Shown here one piece after another: positions 61,559 to 64,000 of a stretch of DNA of 64,000 bases. The notes below the pieces were generated by a model. The model did no database searches. It saw only the letters and a program-made list of their open reading frames with translations, and was not told where the DNA came from. The stretch spans positions 3,782,001-3,846,000 of the forward strand of contig NC_088794.1 in assembly GCF_011386835.1 (NCBI RefSeq). Direction: 5' to 3'. Source of the stretch: Chrysemys picta bellii (lineage: Eukaryota). Position 1 is the stretch's first letter. Every line of letters begins with the position of its first letter. A program made the translations under genes and the position numbers.

Positions 61559-62564
61559 CAGTGCTCAATTTGTGCCAGAGCTAAGCCCTGGCACCTCTGG
61601 GCCTGGCAGTTCACAGCCCCGGCGCCTCTGGGCCCGGCAGTTCAGAGCCCCGGCACCGCTGGGCCTGGCAGTTCAGAGCCCCGGCACCTCTGGGCTCGGC
61701 AGTTCAGAGCCCCGGCACCGCTGGGCCTGGCAGTTCAGAGCCCCGGCACCTCTGGGCCTGGCAGTTCAGAGCCCGGCACCTCTGGGCCCGGCAGTTCAGA
61801 GCCCCGGCACCTCTGGGCCCGGCAGTTCAGAGCCCGGCACCTCTGGGCCCGACAGTTCAGAGCCCCGGCACCTCTGGGCCCGGCAGTTCAGAGCCCCGGC
61901 ACCTCTGGGCCCGGCAGTTCAGAACCCCGGCACCTCTGGGCTTGGCAGTTCAGAGCCCCGGCACCTCTGGACCCGGCAGTTCACAGCCCCGGCACCTCTG
62001 GGCCCGGCAGTTCAGAGCCCCGGCACCTCTGGGCCCGGCAGTTCAGAGCCCCGGCACCTCTGGGCCCGGCAGTTCAGAGCCCGGCACCTCTGGGCCCGGC
62101 AGTTCAGAGCCCGGCACCTCTGGGCCCGGCAGTTCAGAGCCCCGGCACCTCTGGGCCCGGCAGTTCAGAGCCCGGCACCTCTGGGCCCGGCAGTTAGAGC
62201 CCCGGCATCTCTGGGCCCGGCAGTTCAGAGCTCCGGCACCGCTGGGCCTGGCAGTTCAGAGCCCCAGCACCTCTGGGCCTGGCAGTTCAGAGCCCCGGCA
62301 CCTCTGGGCCCGGCAGTTCAGAGCCCTGGCACCTCTGGGCCCGGCAGTTCAGAGCCCGGCACCTCTGGGCCCGGCAGTTCAGAGCCCCGGCGCCTCTGGG
62401 CCCAGCAGTTCAGAGCCCGGCACCTCTGGGCCCGGCAGTTCAGAGCCCGGCACCGCTGGGCCTGGCAGTTCACAACCCTGGCATATCTGGACTCGCCACG
62501 TCAGGTATGAATGTAAAAACATTGCTTGTGCCCCAGCACCTCTCTCCTTACAAATTAAGCCCCG
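61559..62564. mobile_element. hAT MITE with an internally expanded 30-31 bp minisatellite
   Basis: TIRs CAGTGCTCAATTTGT / ACAAATTAAGCCCCG; 8-bp TSD CCAGCACC/CCAGCCCC; unit GGCACCTCTGGGCCCGGCAGTTCAGAGCCC(C) about 29 times. Confidence 0.82.
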
Positions 62565-63193
62565 CCAGCCCCCCTCCCTGCTGACTGAGAAACCTACAAG
62601 AAAGGAACTCTACGGGAAAGCCCAATCTCTTGCTTAACGCTGGGCAGGTGATGGGGTGCTCACCCCACACCCTCCCTGAAGGGGTTAAGGGAGCCCAGAA
62701 GAGGCCGATTAACCTTTGCAGTTGCACCTAAAGAGAGGCTCGGGGAGTGTGTCGGGGGTTAGAAATGTGGAATTGCTGACAGAGCCCAGCTGGGGGAGAA
62801 GCTGGGAAGGGGTTAGAAAGAGAGGAAGTTTGTAGCAGCCGGGGGAGAGGCTACAGTCACTCTCTGACTCCGAGAGAAGAGAGGAGAAAACCCCAGGGGA
62901 GCTGTGGGGAAAGGAAGCATGAGAAGACGCCCAGAGAAACAGCCGTCAGGAAGGGGACTGTGCAGACCTTGGCTGCCGGTGACAGGGTCCTGGGCTGCCA
63001 CCCGGGGTGCAGGATTTCTCTACCAGCCACGGGCACAGGACCATCAGAGGCCCCACTGGGACAGCTGGTCCAGGGAGACTTTGATATGGCGGAAGTGGGG
63101 GGACGATGTAGTGAGCCGGCCGGAGGGCTGAGCTGGGAATAGGGGGCACTGTGACACACAGGAAGAGAGCGCAGCACAGCAGCAGAGTGGCCG

Positions 63194-63207
63194 CCAGCAG
63201 AGGGCGC
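63194..63207 (+). promoter_or_regulatory. Candidate CTCF motif (forward)
   Basis: CCAGCAGAGGGCGC is a full core consensus match. Confidence 0.35.
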
Positions 63208-64000
63208 CGTGTGCGAAGGAAGCTGCCACGCCACGCCTGGCCAGGAGGAGGCGCTCTTGTGACAGGGTGAGCCGGACAATACGCGTCGCACAAGCGAGCA
63301 AGCAGAGAGCGTTACCCCCCTGCCCGAGAGAAACCCATCCGAGGCCTGGGTGCCTCCTGCCTTAACTTTCTGGCTTGAAGAACAGAATTTGCAATGTAGA
63401 TACACAACTCCTTCGATATTCTCCATACACCCAGTTCGCAAGGACTCTCGGCAGAGACCTCACATGCTCCCCCCGTTTGGAGAGCTAATATTCCGACATC
63501 TGACCTAGGGGATTCCTGTAAAATCCTATGCACCCCAGGCCCTTTGCTAGTTGGCGGCTGGTGGTCACAAGGATGATTAACCATTAGAACAAACCCTGAT
63601 GGGCAGCGGCTGACGGCCCATCCCTTGATGGCTTGCTAGCCAGCCTGGGCACCTATCTGGAAAATGCATTAGCCCAATGCAAGTTACAGGATTCAATAGA
63701 GGAGGACGCAGGAGAAATTTTCTGGCCTATGAAATATGGGTGGCCAGACTAGGTGATTGAACAGCCCCTTCTGGCCTTAACTAGCGAGGATTCTGCTTTC
63801 TCCCTGTGCTTTGGTCCTCCGACCAGAGTTCTGGCAGCCCTAGGAAATTCATCACACCGATGCTTCCCTACGGGGCTAGGTGTCGCATTGCACCAGCCGG
63901 TCCCTAGAGGGCCGTATTGAGAAGTGATGCTGTATTGGCTTGATGAACAGGCTTCTGAGTGAATGTCATGTTGTCCAAACCGGTGGCCTCTTGGTCTCAA

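Noticed and set aside
61401-62637. 369-aa and 231-aa ORFs as protein-coding genes
   Set aside because: They lie in a minisatellite inside a MITE with TIRs and TSD; no domain content.
62580-64000. Possible LTR/ERV-derived sequence at the right end
   Set aside because: No clear termini, PBS or recognisable coding motif could be identified by eye.

Overview
Vertebrate genomic DNA, most likely turtle: it carries tortoise Pol III/SINE copies, CR1 LINEs, Penelope-like ends and hAT/Tc1 MITEs. The window holds a cluster of five spliced S1A trypsin-like serine protease genes of the testisin/prostasin/tryptase-gamma/PRSS27-33 type. All have His/Asp/Ser triads, Asp189 and a hydrophobic (GPI-like) C-terminal tail. 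Gene 1 (+, 3017-7236) is intact. Gene 2 (+, 10192-13196) is a recent paralogue that has lost its signal exon. Gene 3 (+, ending 26907), gene 4 (-, 32160-27645) and gene 5 (+, 48414-54640) are intact in frame; gene 5 has R-NVGG instead of R-IVGG. The most unusual structure is a tandem array of five ~1.1-1.3 kb modules upstream of gene 3 (15902-22060). Each module carries a putative promoter and an intact 55-nt signal-peptide exon (MGSPCTPITILLLLPMLQ, phase-1 GTAAGT donor), and each can splice in frame into the same protease body. A sixth module copy lies upstream of genes 1/2 and was split at its ATG by an LTR-like insertion. The rest is transposon-derived or tandem repeat, with two assembly gaps. 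Exon coordinates were read by eye from splice signals and family homology; no database search was run, so orthology is not assigned.
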